The position numbers and the translations under genes are program-made. The notes beneath the pieces are model-generated. The model saw only the letters and a list, made by a program, of their open reading frames with translations, had not been told where the DNA came from and did not search any database. From positions 2,144,001-2,208,000 of the forward strand of contig CAXXLZ010000002.1 of the NCBI GenBank assembly GCA_963675595.2: 64,000 nucleotides of DNA, written 5' to 3'. Of this stretch, positions 1 through 9,166 are shown one piece after another; position 1 is the stretch's first letter; the number at the start of each line of letters is the position of its first letter. This stretch comes from Thermodesulfobacteriota bacterium (GTDB lineage Bacteria; Desulfobacterota; Desulfarculia; JACQYL01).

Positions 1-1792
1 GGGGATTTTCCGGGAAAATCTCATGAAGCAGCGGGTTGTTCTGCGTATGCCCATGGGCGTGTATGGCGTGCCGTCCGAAGACGAGCCGGAACGTCCCGGC
101 GGGAAGCTGGGGCCGGTCCCGGTAGGGTGCGAGAAACGGCATACCGGCATCTTCGAAGACCTGGGAGACGAATTCGATCTTTCCGGAAGGTGTTTTGAGT
201 TTGAGGTCGTTGTCGCGATCAAACAGAATCGCCTTGTCGGCCAGATCCACGAATCCCTTCTCATCGAAATCCCGTATGGTCAGGCCGGTGCCTTCCAGTT
301 GATGCGCCCACAGCTCCTCGACGGTCTCGTAGGGCAAATGCTCTCCCACTCCCAGACGGTCGGCGAGTTGTTTGAAAATCCACCATTCCGGTTTACTGTC
401 ATACAGGGGTTCAATGGCTTTTCGACGGACGATGAACCTGGGAACCTTTCCTTTTTGAACCGCGATGGGACTGTCTTTTTCAAGATAACCGGACAGCGGA
501 AGAATGACGTCCCCATACCATGTGGTCTCACCGAATTTCGCATCCAAGGCCACGATCAGCTCGAGTTTATCCAAGGCCGCACGCTGGGCTTCGCGATCCG
601 GAAATCCCGTCAGCGGATCGTGACGATACGCAATGTAGGCCTTTACCGGATAAGGGTCTTCATCGAGGATCGCGGGATAGAATAATTGAAACAATCCGGG
701 TCCCGCATCGATGTGGGGATACTTCCAACCCGCTCCGTCGGCCCGTTTCACCTGCGGCTTGGGTATCGAGGCCGCGAGGTCCTTGAGTCCGGGCTTGCCG
801 TAGTCCTTGGGCGCCTTGGCGACGATCTGGCCCCCTTCCACTTCCACGTTGCCCATCAAAACATTCAGAATATGGAGGGTTCGGCTGGCGTAGAACGAAT
901 CCAGATATCGGGCCAGCATCCAACCGGGATGAAATACGACCTTGGGCCGATCTTCGCCGAGTTCCGCCGCGAAATCCACGATTTCACCGGCCGCGACTCC
1001 GGTTTCCTTCTCCGCCCATTCCGGGGTGTACGGTTGAACGAATTCCGCGAGACGGTCGAAGTCTTGGGTCCATCGTTCGACGAAGTCCTTATCGTAGCGG
1101 CCGTCGCGGATGACGGCATGAATCAGCGCCAGGTTGAGGGCGTAGTCCGTCCCCGGGCGAATCATCACGAACCGACTCGCCTTGCTGCCCGTAACGGTCT
1201 GTCGCACGTCCACATAAGTCAGTTTCATGCCCGCCGTGACGGCTTCCATGAGTTCCTTGGCTTCCTTGACCTTTAGGGACTCGAGCATGTTGCGGCCGTA
1301 AAGGACCAAGTGACGGCACTTCTTCATGTCGTAGAGGAAGTCTTTCCGCCCCAGGCCGTAAACGGAAAGGCTCGCATGATGTACGTTGCGTCCGCAGGAA
1401 GCATCGTGATTCGTGAAATTGGGAGACCCCACCGCTTTGAGGAAAGCTTTGGGAAGGTCCAGGAACGGACCGCCTCGGCAGCTCAGGAAGAGTGTTCCCG
1501 GGCCGTGTTTTTGAACTAGACCGGAGAGTTTGTCGGCCACATAATCCAACGCGGTCTCCCAGGTCACACGCTTCCACTGGCCGCCTCCACGCAATCCCTG
1601 TCGGATCATGGGCCCTTGGGGACGTTCTTCCTCATAGTGAAAGGAAAGCCCGGCGGAACCTTTCCCGCACAAGGACCCGCCCAGGATAAAGGGGTTCCCT
1701 TCAATCCAGCGCGCCACGCCGTCCTCGACTTCCACACGGATGGGACAGCGGACGGTACACATGCCGCACATACTGTAGACGCTTCTGCTCAT
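1..1792 (-). CDS. Molybdopterin (Mo/W-bis-PGD) oxidoreductase catalytic subunit, PhsA/PsrA-like; 3' end runs off the window
   Basis: Not in the ORF track because there is no in-window stop. Manual translation from ATG 1792: MSRSVYSMCGMCTVRCP...LCGKG (4Fe-4S motif), NHDASCGRN (Cys ligand region), IRPGTDYAL, DVILP, KTPSGKIEF. No Tat motif. Confidence 0.9.
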   Translation of the reverse strand, partial: MSRSVYSMCGMCTVRCPIRVEVEDGVARWIEGNPFILGGSLCGKGSAGLSFHYEEERPQGPMIRQGLRGGGQWKRVTWETALDYVADKLSGLVQKHGPGTLFLSCRGGPFLDLPKAFLKAVGSPNFTNHDASCGRNVHHASLSVYGLGRKDFLYDMKKCRHLVLYGRNMLESLKVKEAKELMEAVTAGMKLTYVDVRQTVTGSKASRFVMIRPGTDYALNLALIHAVIRDGRYDKDFVERWTQDFDRLAEFVQPYTPEWAEKETGVAAGEIVDFAAELGEDRPKVVFHPGWMLARYLDSFYASRTLHILNVLMGNVEVEGGQIVAKAPKDYGKPGLKDLAASIPKPQVKRADGAGWKYPHIDAGPGLFQLFYPAILDEDPYPVKAYIAYRHDPLTGFPDREAQRAALDKLELIVALDAKFGETTWYGDVILPLSGYLEKDSPIAVQKGKVPRFIVRRKAIEPLYDSKPEWWIFKQLADRLGVGEHLPYETVEELWAHQLEGTGLTIRDFDEKGFVDLADKAILFDRDNDLKLKTPSGKIEFVSQVFEDAGMPFLAPYRDRPQLPAGTFRLVFGRHAIHAHGHTQNNPLLHEIFPENP

Positions 1793-1966
1793 AAACAAAT
1801 CACCCGTCCGATTACTCGCCCGGCGCCGTTTACCCTACCTTCAACATGGGAAAATCGGAAACCATCCGTAGGATCGCCGCACAGCCGAAGAATCTGGACT
1901 TTTCAAGATGAAGAAACAATTAGTTTTAGAACAACTCAAGAACTGTAGCCCCGGCGAGTGCCTCTG

Positions 1967-3802
1967 TCAAATTTTCTCCCCATTCCGTTCCACCTCCCCG
2001 GAGCGGGCCGAAGCCGGCAGACTGATGCGAAACACCGCCCCGCCTTCGGGCCGGTTGGCGGCTTCCAGGGTGCCTCCGTGGCTTCCCACGATATCGCGGC
2101 TTACGTTAAGTCCCAAGCCGGTGCCGAAACCTTCTTTGGTGGTGAAAAAAGGCGAAAATATGTTCCTTATCAGCTCCTCGGGAATCCCCGGACCCGTGTC
2201 CGCGATGGTCACCACCACAACGCCGGTTTCCGGATCCTGTTCGGTGGTCACGATCACTTCCCCTTTGCGACCAATGGCCTGGGCGGCGTTGTTCAACAGG
2301 TTCAGGTACACCTGCCGCATTTCGTCGGCATCCATCAATACCGGTTTCAGATCTGCGGCAAAATTCCGGACGATCCGGATGCCGTCCAAAGACATACGAT
2401 GCTCCACAAGCCTCAAAGCTTCCTCAAGATGCCTGTTGACATCCAGGTGCGCCTTCTCGCGAGTCATTGTCCGAGTGTAGTCCAACAGGCCGGCAACAAT
2501 CCTTTGGCACTGTTTGGCATTCCGTTCAATTTTCCCCAGGTCCTGGTGGGCCGGCGCCGATTCCGGGGTCTCGCGTAACAGGAGCTGGCTGTATCCCAAA
2601 ATGATGTTCAGCGCATTGTTCAACTCATGAGCCACCCCGGCGGTCAACTGTCCCATGGCCGCCATCTTCTCGAGACGACGCCATCGATCTTCCCGCTCGA
2701 CCCGCTCGTCCTCCGCCTCTCCGCCCTCTTCCGTTCCTTCGGAGGCGGCCATGATGTCGACCAGTTTCTCTCCGTCCACGTAATCTTTGGTCAAATAGGT
2801 GGTGATATGGGCCATCTTTTTGGTCAAACGGCTCATTTTTTTCGCATTTCGAATAATGGCGTCCACATCCCGCTGCGCCTCGTCCTCGGTAGCCAGGGCT
2901 CGTTTCAGAAGCTGCGCATTGCCCAACACCGTGAACATGGGGGTGTTGAGTTCATGTGCCACGGCGGAAGCCATTTCCATTATGCCGCCGAGCTTCTCCT
3001 GGGTCCTTTTCATCTCCTCGATCTTCAGTTTGTCCGTAACGTTGGTCAACGTCTCGATGAGGTATTCCGGCGTGCCGTCGGCTCCGAAAACCGGCGAGGC
3101 GGATATTTCCATATCCCAGGGTTCCGCCGCTTCAGGGGAACGGAACTTCCTGGCGAGCACCACGGGACTCCCGTCCCGCTTGATCCGTTTCCAGGGACAG
3201 GGATACGCATCCGATACGGGCACCACGCATCTGAAGCCGTCGCTAAAGAAAGGCTCCAGAACTTGGTGACATCTCTTGCCCAGGATCTGCTCCGCGGTCA
3301 GGCGAGTGTCTTCCATGAACCTCTTGTTGGCCATGACCACGCGATACGCCCGATCGATGACCACCAGTTGCGTATTGAGGCTGTCGATGACTTTTTGCAG
3401 GAAATCTCGCGCGCCTTCCAGCTCCCCAAGGTGGCGCTCCCGCTCCCGATCACGTTCCAACTGCAAGTCCCGAAAAAAACCATAATAAAAAGACAGAGAG
3501 GCCACCACGATGAAGATGGTGGTATTCACACTCCCGCTGATCGGCGACAAGGCTCCCCAGATATCGGGCTTGCCCGTCAACAGAAGTACGTTTCTCAACA
3601 GGTGTCCCAAGGCCCGACTCACCGCGAACGCGGCCAGACTGCAGGAGAAGAGGAAAAGGTAAAGGTAGAAGTATCCCCGACGCCGGAGTTTAAAAGCCAC
3701 GTAGAAGATCCACAAAGCGATGCCCAGCATCGCCGCGGACCCCAGGGTGTCTATCCAGAAAACGGGCGCCATGGGCAGGGCGGGGAGCACAACGCACCTC
3801 AA
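1967..3802 (-). CDS. Membrane sensor histidine kinase (TM-PAS-HisKA-HisKA-HATPase)
   Basis: N-terminal hydrophobic helices, PAS domain, H-boxes AVAHELNTP and GVAHELNNA, N/G boxes NLLNNA, DTGPGI, FFTTK, GTGLGL. Exact start uncertain. Confidence 0.9.
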   Translation of the reverse strand: MRCVVLPALPMAPVFWIDTLGSAAMLGIALWIFYVAFKLRRRGYFYLYLFLFSCSLAAFAVSRALGHLLRNVLLLTGKPDIWGALSPISGSVNTTIFIVVASLSFYYGFFRDLQLERDRERERHLGELEGARDFLQKVIDSLNTQLVVIDRAYRVVMANKRFMEDTRLTAEQILGKRCHQVLEPFFSDGFRCVVPVSDAYPCPWKRIKRDGSPVVLARKFRSPEAAEPWDMEISASPVFGADGTPEYLIETLTNVTDKLKIEEMKRTQEKLGGIMEMASAVAHELNTPMFTVLGNAQLLKRALATEDEAQRDVDAIIRNAKKMSRLTKKMAHITTYLTKDYVDGEKLVDIMAASEGTEEGGEAEDERVEREDRWRRLEKMAAMGQLTAGVAHELNNALNIILGYSQLLLRETPESAPAHQDLGKIERNAKQCQRIVAGLLDYTRTMTREKAHLDVNRHLEEALRLVEHRMSLDGIRIVRNFAADLKPVLMDADEMRQVYLNLLNNAAQAIGRKGEVIVTTEQDPETGVVVVTIADTGPGIPEELIRNIFSPFFTTKEGFGTGLGLNVSRDIVGSHGGTLEAANRPEGGAVFRISLPASARSGEVERNGEKI

Positions 3803-3942
3803 CGAACTTTGATTCGGCCGGCTTCCATTGAAGGAAGCAGCGGGGTTCCCGATTCCATTGCCTGTTAAGCCCGGCAGATTCCATGGTTCTTGGACATCAA
3901 CCGAGTGCCCATCCGGAGTCTCCTATCCCATGGACGAAATAC

Positions 3943-4428
3943 TCATTGGGGCCGGGATCGGCTCGAATCCTTTTCACCATTCCGGACCCCGGAATGATAA
4001 ATCTTGTTCAGTCCCAGACCCAGCAGCAATGCCCCGGGAACACACAACAGATGATCCATCTTACCAAAATAGAACAGGAGCTCCACAGGAGACCGCGGGA
4101 CGAAGTAGCTGGGCAGACTCGGCACGTCGCCCAGGAACTGATCGGGCGTCAGGCTTGCGTGGACCCAATGGGTCAAAGCGGTATTGATACTCCAGAGTGC
4201 GAAAAAGATGAAGGACGCTCGAATAAGGCGCCAACCGGGCCCCACGCGCCTCCGAGTCCTGAACCACACGTAAAGCATTCCGGCCAGAAACGCCATGTGC
4301 CCGATCTGGTGAGCATAAAGCCCTTCCGGCGCTCCGTGAGGCTGTAGGGCCCACGCGGGACCGCAGGCGACAACCGCTTGGAGAGCCACCCCAAAAGGCA
4401 CCCAAAATCGAATACGTGCACTTCTCAC
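3943..4428 (-). CDS. Small His-rich membrane protein of unknown function
   Basis: Starts 3 nt after the upstream stop. Signal-like N-terminus, about 3 TM segments, motif QPHGAPEGLYAHQIGH. Confidence 0.75.
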   Translation of the reverse strand: MRSARIRFWVPFGVALQAVVACGPAWALQPHGAPEGLYAHQIGHMAFLAGMLYVWFRTRRRVGPGWRLIRASFIFFALWSINTALTHWVHASLTPDQFLGDVPSLPSYFVPRSPVELLFYFGKMDHLLCVPGALLLGLGLNKIYHSGVRNGEKDSSRSRPQ

Positions 4429-4431
4429 GGA

Positions 4432-7281
4432 TCAACCGTACTTCTCAACCTGGACCTTGATGTATTTGAGAGGCGGCGTCCCCCCCATGGGATCGGTGAC
4501 GTTCGGGGGCATGATTCCCGGCGTATTCACACCACCGAACTGGGAGTACTTGGGGTCCGCTTCAAGGCCCCTCCAATGCCCGAATCCCCCGGCCGAAGCC
4601 ACGACCCCTCTGGCGATTCCCCAGGTCACCATGGCTTTCTGAACTCGTTCCCCCCAAGGGCTTCGAACCAGAATCAGGTCGTCCTCCTCGATGCCGCGCA
4701 CCTTGGCGTCCTGAGGGTTCATCCAGAGAGGATTCCTCCCCTGCAATTTCATCAAATAGACGTTGTTGAAAGTAGAAGAGTGCTCATGTTCAAAGACGCG
4801 AAAATTACCGAAAATAAGGGGATACTCCTCATCCGGACCCAAGGCGGCTTCCGGCGGCTTATAGTCGGGCAATGGGTCCACGCCTTTTTCTTCCGCAACC
4901 GGATTCTTGAAATTGTACTTTCCGGTCTTGGTCTTGCCTGAAGACCCGTAGCCTTCCGGAGGATTCATCGCTCCCCATTTCTTGTATTTATAGAATTCAT
5001 GGGTGTCCGTGACGATGAACCCTTTCTCCTTGAGTTCCTCCAAGGACCAGGGGGTTCCGCGGAGCTGATTCCTTTGCGCCTCCTCGATATCCTGCCAGGG
5101 GAAATGTTCCCCGTATCCCATACGACGGGCCAGTTCCATGAAAATCCACCAACTGGGGCGCGAGTCGTACAGCGGTTCCACGGCCTTTTGCCAGTAGGTA
5201 ATGAAGGCGTCGTAAAGCCAGTCCGATCGAACCTGACTCTGCTCCAGGTAAGTCGCATCCGGCAGGACGACCTCGCAGAGCAGTGAAGCGTTACCCAGGA
5301 AAGCATCGATGGAGACGGAGAACTTGAGCGCTTTGAACGCGGAGACCACGGCGTCTTGGTTCCCCCAGGACAATACGGGATCGCCGAAGTAGTTCACCAG
5401 GGCCTCCAGGCGACCTTCAGCCACGTTCTTCGGAAAATGAGCCGGAGCCCAACCGGACCACATGGACAGTTTGCTCAACTTATCCTTGGACGCGTTGGAA
5501 GGGGGTTTGGTCTGTCCTTCGCCCCACGCGCTTTTGAGCTTCCGTTTGAACGGGAGGCTCGGACCGCCGGGAGCGTCGAAAGTCCCCAGTAGGCCGTTGA
5601 GCGCCTGGACCGCCTGAGTTCCGTACATCCCGTTGGGCGTTTGCGCCACGCCGGTCCAACTGATCACGCCGCAATGCCGCGCGTCGGACATCTCCACCGC
5701 GATGCGTTCCAGGGTGGCCGCAGGCACGCCGCAAATGTCTTCAGCCCACCGGGGAGTCCTTTCGACTCCGTCTTCCTCCCCCAGAAGCCGCTTCCTGAAA
5801 TCATCAAAACCGAAGGTCCATTCCTCTACGAACTCTTTATTGTACAATTCACCTTTGACCAGTGTGTGGCACATGGCCAATGCCGCGGCACCATCGGTGC
5901 CCGGCTTCAGGGGTACCCATTCCGTGGCCGCAGCCGCCGTCTCGGAACGCCTGGGATCGAACACCACGAGCTTGGCTCCCCTGTCCAGAGCCGCCTTAAA
6001 CATGGCCGTCTTTCTTTGACCATAGCTGGTGGCCAGCTCGTTGTTCCCAAACAAAACGATATAGTCCGAATCTTGGTAGTGGATCCAGGGTCTCTTATCG
6101 TTCAGGTTGTGCTCATTGGCCATCCGGTTCGAATTGTCGCACATCGGGCGGTGAGTCGTCTTATGAGCCCCATAGTGATCAAAAAGGCCTTCATGGAGCC
6201 AGTCGTTGAAGTCGTTCCCCCGCATGTAACCCACTTTGGCGGGATCCAGAGCTTTCAGTCGGGCCGCCGTAAGATCCAAGGCTTCGTCCCAGGAGGCTTT
6301 GCGAAAACGCTCTCCTTCCCTGATGAGAGGCGTCTTGATCCGGTAGGCGCTGTAAAGGTGATTGGCGGCGGCGGCTCCTTTGGGACAGAGTCTTCCTCCT
6401 CCCTTGGGATCCCCCGGAAGACCGCCGAGAGAAAGGACGATTCCGTCGGTCACCTTGGCCGTCTGACCGCATATGGCCCCGCAAATGTAACAATGGGTGG
6501 GAATTTTCACTTCAGGAAGCGGATCTCGAACACCGGAGGCCAAAGTCAGGTAGCTTTCGCCCAGCCCAAGTTCGGACACAACTCCATAGAGAGCGCTCAG
6601 CGCTTCAAGCAGCCCTTGGTCCGGTTGCCTTCCGGCCTGGAGGTCGAAGGCCAATATCCGTTCGTGAAATAGAAAGCTCATGGTGAACTCGGCCAGACCT
6701 TTATAAAAGTCCGACCGGGCGCTGTTGGAGAGTACGGCGCAGAACTCGATCACCCAACCCATAAGATGATCCCGCAAGAAATCGATCTGCTGCTTCCTGA
6801 GATCGGACGCCTTTTCCGGTTCTTCGTGCCCGGCTTCGAGAAGTCGCCGAAGCAATTCGAGTTCCACCGCGATGTGATCGTCCAGGTCCTTGAACTCCGG
6901 CGACTTATGCATACCTGCTTTGTGAAGGGCCTTGCGGACTTTGAAAACAGGTTCTCCCATGACCACGGGTTCACGATTCACGTACACGGACTCATAGGGG
7001 AACACCGGGTTGATTCCCGCATTAAGGAATAAATCGGCGTATTCGTAGGAAAGCTCTTTAAAGACTTCCTCGCAGGACGCGCCCCCAAAGGTTCGAACCA
7101 GCTTCTCGAAGGACGACGCCAAGTCGCGGATGGTACAACCGGATAAGAACGTTTGAACGCTGTCACGAAACTTCGCGGCGGACAGACTTTCCACCAACTC
7201 TCGGGACAACTGGTCATGGTAGAGCACGGAAAGAAGCTGGTAAACGCTCGCTCTTTCCAGGTCCAGGGAAGACGGTTCCAT
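4432..7281 (-). CDS. TorD/DmsD-family chaperone fused to a molybdopterin oxidoreductase catalytic subunit
   Basis: N-terminal YADLF..PYESVY, DDHIAVEL, FLRDHLMGW; then HCYICGAIC..LCPKG, PLKPGTD, VVLPDATYLE and a C-terminal molydopterin-binding domain. GAGGAGG RBS before ATG 7281. Confidence 0.9.
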   Translation of the reverse strand: MEPSSLDLERASVYQLLSVLYHDQLSRELVESLSAAKFRDSVQTFLSGCTIRDLASSFEKLVRTFGGASCEEVFKELSYEYADLFLNAGINPVFPYESVYVNREPVVMGEPVFKVRKALHKAGMHKSPEFKDLDDHIAVELELLRRLLEAGHEEPEKASDLRKQQIDFLRDHLMGWVIEFCAVLSNSARSDFYKGLAEFTMSFLFHERILAFDLQAGRQPDQGLLEALSALYGVVSELGLGESYLTLASGVRDPLPEVKIPTHCYICGAICGQTAKVTDGIVLSLGGLPGDPKGGGRLCPKGAAAANHLYSAYRIKTPLIREGERFRKASWDEALDLTAARLKALDPAKVGYMRGNDFNDWLHEGLFDHYGAHKTTHRPMCDNSNRMANEHNLNDKRPWIHYQDSDYIVLFGNNELATSYGQRKTAMFKAALDRGAKLVVFDPRRSETAAAATEWVPLKPGTDGAAALAMCHTLVKGELYNKEFVEEWTFGFDDFRKRLLGEEDGVERTPRWAEDICGVPAATLERIAVEMSDARHCGVISWTGVAQTPNGMYGTQAVQALNGLLGTFDAPGGPSLPFKRKLKSAWGEGQTKPPSNASKDKLSKLSMWSGWAPAHFPKNVAEGRLEALVNYFGDPVLSWGNQDAVVSAFKALKFSVSIDAFLGNASLLCEVVLPDATYLEQSQVRSDWLYDAFITYWQKAVEPLYDSRPSWWIFMELARRMGYGEHFPWQDIEEAQRNQLRGTPWSLEELKEKGFIVTDTHEFYKYKKWGAMNPPEGYGSSGKTKTGKYNFKNPVAEEKGVDPLPDYKPPEAALGPDEEYPLIFGNFRVFEHEHSSTFNNVYLMKLQGRNPLWMNPQDAKVRGIEEDDLILVRSPWGERVQKAMVTWGIARGVVASAGGFGHWRGLEADPKYSQFGGVNTPGIMPPNVTDPMGGTPPLKYIKVQVEKYG

Positions 7282-7382
7282 GGATTTCCTCCTCACTGCG
7301 ATAATCCCAACCTGCCCGATCAGCGGATACCGAGGTCAAATCGATAAGGGCATCCACCATCGAGCCACTCCTGAAAGTCCGA

Positions 7383-7778
7383 TCAATCGGTGAGCTGCAG
7401 GCCGTGCTTGACTTGCTTTTTCGAAGCCGCCAGGACTTTCTTCACTTTGCTTTCCAGTTCGTCGATGTCAATGGGCTTCACCAGGTACTCTTGAGCCCCC
7501 AGCGTAATGGATTCCTTCGCCGTTTCCACTGTCGGGTAGCCCGTCAGCATGATTGCCTTCAGGTCCGGATGACGTTTTTTCAGTTCCGACAACACCTCCA
7601 CGCCGGACATGCGGGTGAGCTTGATATCCAAAATGGCCAGATCAAAAGACTCCCCGTCCGCGTATTCCAACGCACGGTCCTCGTCGGTAAATGTTTTGAC
7701 TTCATGCTTTGACGACAAAATTCTTTCAATGAGATCACAGGCGTCCTTTTCGTCATCCACCACCAGGATGCGTGCCAT
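7383..7778 (-). CDS. Single-domain response regulator (receiver)
   Basis: ILVVDDE, ILDIKL, MLTG, YLVKP motifs; GGGAGGGG RBS. Confidence 0.92.
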   Translation of the reverse strand: MARILVVDDEKDACDLIERILSSKHEVKTFTDEDRALEYADGESFDLAILDIKLTRMSGVEVLSELKKRHPDLKAIMLTGYPTVETAKESITLGAQEYLVKPIDIDELESKVKKVLAASKKQVKHGLQLTD

Positions 7779-8090
7779 GTCCCCTCCCTGAAGGCCAAGG
7801 TTCGTATGTTGAACGGATCAAACCGATTTTTAGACTAATGGGGTGGTAATTCGAAGTCAACAAAGAACAAGCCGGCTGGTCGGGCCATACGGCGGTGGGA
7901 TTATCCGGAACAAATAATGTATATTACGGTCTTCTTGACGGATCCACTGATCCAAAGCACTCGTCGGCTCAGCTTCCCTCGACGACCCTGCCGAAAACTC
8001 GGCAGACCGCATGATCCCCTGGTCCCCTCCTCCGGAGAGCGCGCGCCGACGGCCGATCCCGAGACTCACCTCAATGTGTACAGCGGATGC

Positions 8091-8492
8091 TCACCTCCCG
8101 CGGCACGTCAGTGCGTTATCGGTTTCCACAAACCCCTGGGCGATCCCCACCACATTGCGGAGTTCCTCGGGAGAAAACGGTTTGGGAAGATAGTTGTGCG
8201 CCCCGTTCTCCAATGCATAGCGTCGATCCTTTTCACCATCCTTAACCGACACCAGGATCACGTAGATGAAGGGGCCGTCCGATTGTTGCCTGAGCTTTCG
8301 ACAAATTTCCACACCGTCCATGACCGGCATGACCCAATCCAAAATGGCGATTCGCGGCGGGTCCTCCACGGAGAGCCGGTTCCAGGCCTCCCCGCCGTCG
8401 GCCGCGGCCTCGACCTCGTAACCCCATTCTTCCAGATAGCCCTTCAGCATGCGAAGCAGGGTGGAACTGTCCTCCGCTACCAGCACTCTCAT
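8091..8492 (-). CDS. Single-domain response regulator (receiver)
   Basis: MRVLVAEDS, ILDWVMPVMDG, YLPKPF; purine-rich RBS before ATG 8492. Confidence 0.85.
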   Translation of the reverse strand: MRVLVAEDSSTLLRMLKGYLEEWGYEVEAAADGGEAWNRLSVEDPPRIAILDWVMPVMDGVEICRKLRQQSDGPFIYVILVSVKDGEKDRRYALENGAHNYLPKPFSPEELRNVVGIAQGFVETDNALTCRGR

Positions 8493-8737
8493 GGATTCCC
8501 CCTTTCCGATTCTCTCCATTATCGGGTGTTTCCGGCCTGCAAGGCCGATCCGCTCGGATCGGGATTCAGCTTCCCTGAACCTCGCTTCTCACCGGGATTC
8601 GGTCGGACGTCTCCATTCTACTGCGCCCGCCCGTTCGTCACAACCCTACGCTCAAGAGCCGAGGAACGCAGGTCCCCACGCTCTTACGGCATTTGAATCG
8701 CCGATATCCGCGCGGGTTTCAATCATCCAGGTCGATC

Positions 8738-8766
8738 TTGACATTCCACGAAGGTTGTTCTACAAA
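8738..8766 (+). promoter_or_regulatory. Putative sigma-70 promoter
   Basis: TTGACA (8738-8743), 17-bp spacer, TACAAA, upstream of the small ORF at 8802. Confidence 0.5.
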
Positions 8767-8801
8767 ATTTCTTACAAACACCTGAAAAAGGAGAAATCCC
8801 C

Positions 8802-8978
8802 ATGGAGTCCCAACAACTGGTGGAAGCGATGGGAAAATTGGAAGCCAAAGGAATCACTCTTGAGCAGTTCCAAGAAGAAACCAAGATTCCGGCCAACATA
8901 ATTCGCCTTTACGCGGTTGGTGGTCTCGTTCCCGACCGAATCGTCAAGAAGATGGAAGAACTCGTCGCCAAAGAGTAG
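8802..8978 (+). CDS. 58-aa small protein, possibly HTH-like
   Basis: Below the ORF-track cutoff. AAGGAG RBS; MESQQLVEAMGKLEAKGITLEQFQEETKIPANIIRLYAVGGLVPDRIVKKMEELVAKE. Confidence 0.7.
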   Translation: MESQQLVEAMGKLEAKGITLEQFQEETKIPANIIRLYAVGGLVPDRIVKKMEELVAKE

Positions 8979-9166
8979 AATCCCCTTCAGTCGTTCCCGG
9001 GGGGACATCTCATCGATGCTTCCGGCGGTCGTCCTCCCCCGCTTTTCATCACTTCAGACGGCCGGCTTCGACTCTCCGGGCTTATGGTCACTCCGTCGGG
9101 GAGCGATTGCGCCGACTCTTTTTGCCGGCCGTGAATCAATCCCCTCTCCTTGGCCTTGTTGCGCCG

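Noticed and set aside
3820-3845. GAAGGAAGCAGC resembling the SRP RNA (ffs) core
   Set aside because: The upstream CAGGTCCG half is absent; it is only a GCTTCC/GGAAGC hairpin.
1-7281. Selenocysteine in the Mo enzymes
   Set aside because: Both have Cys at the presumed ligand position and no in-frame TGA was seen.
7762-7777. TGGCAC sigma-54-like motif on the minus strand
   Set aside because: It overlaps the receiver start codon and lacks TTGC at -12.
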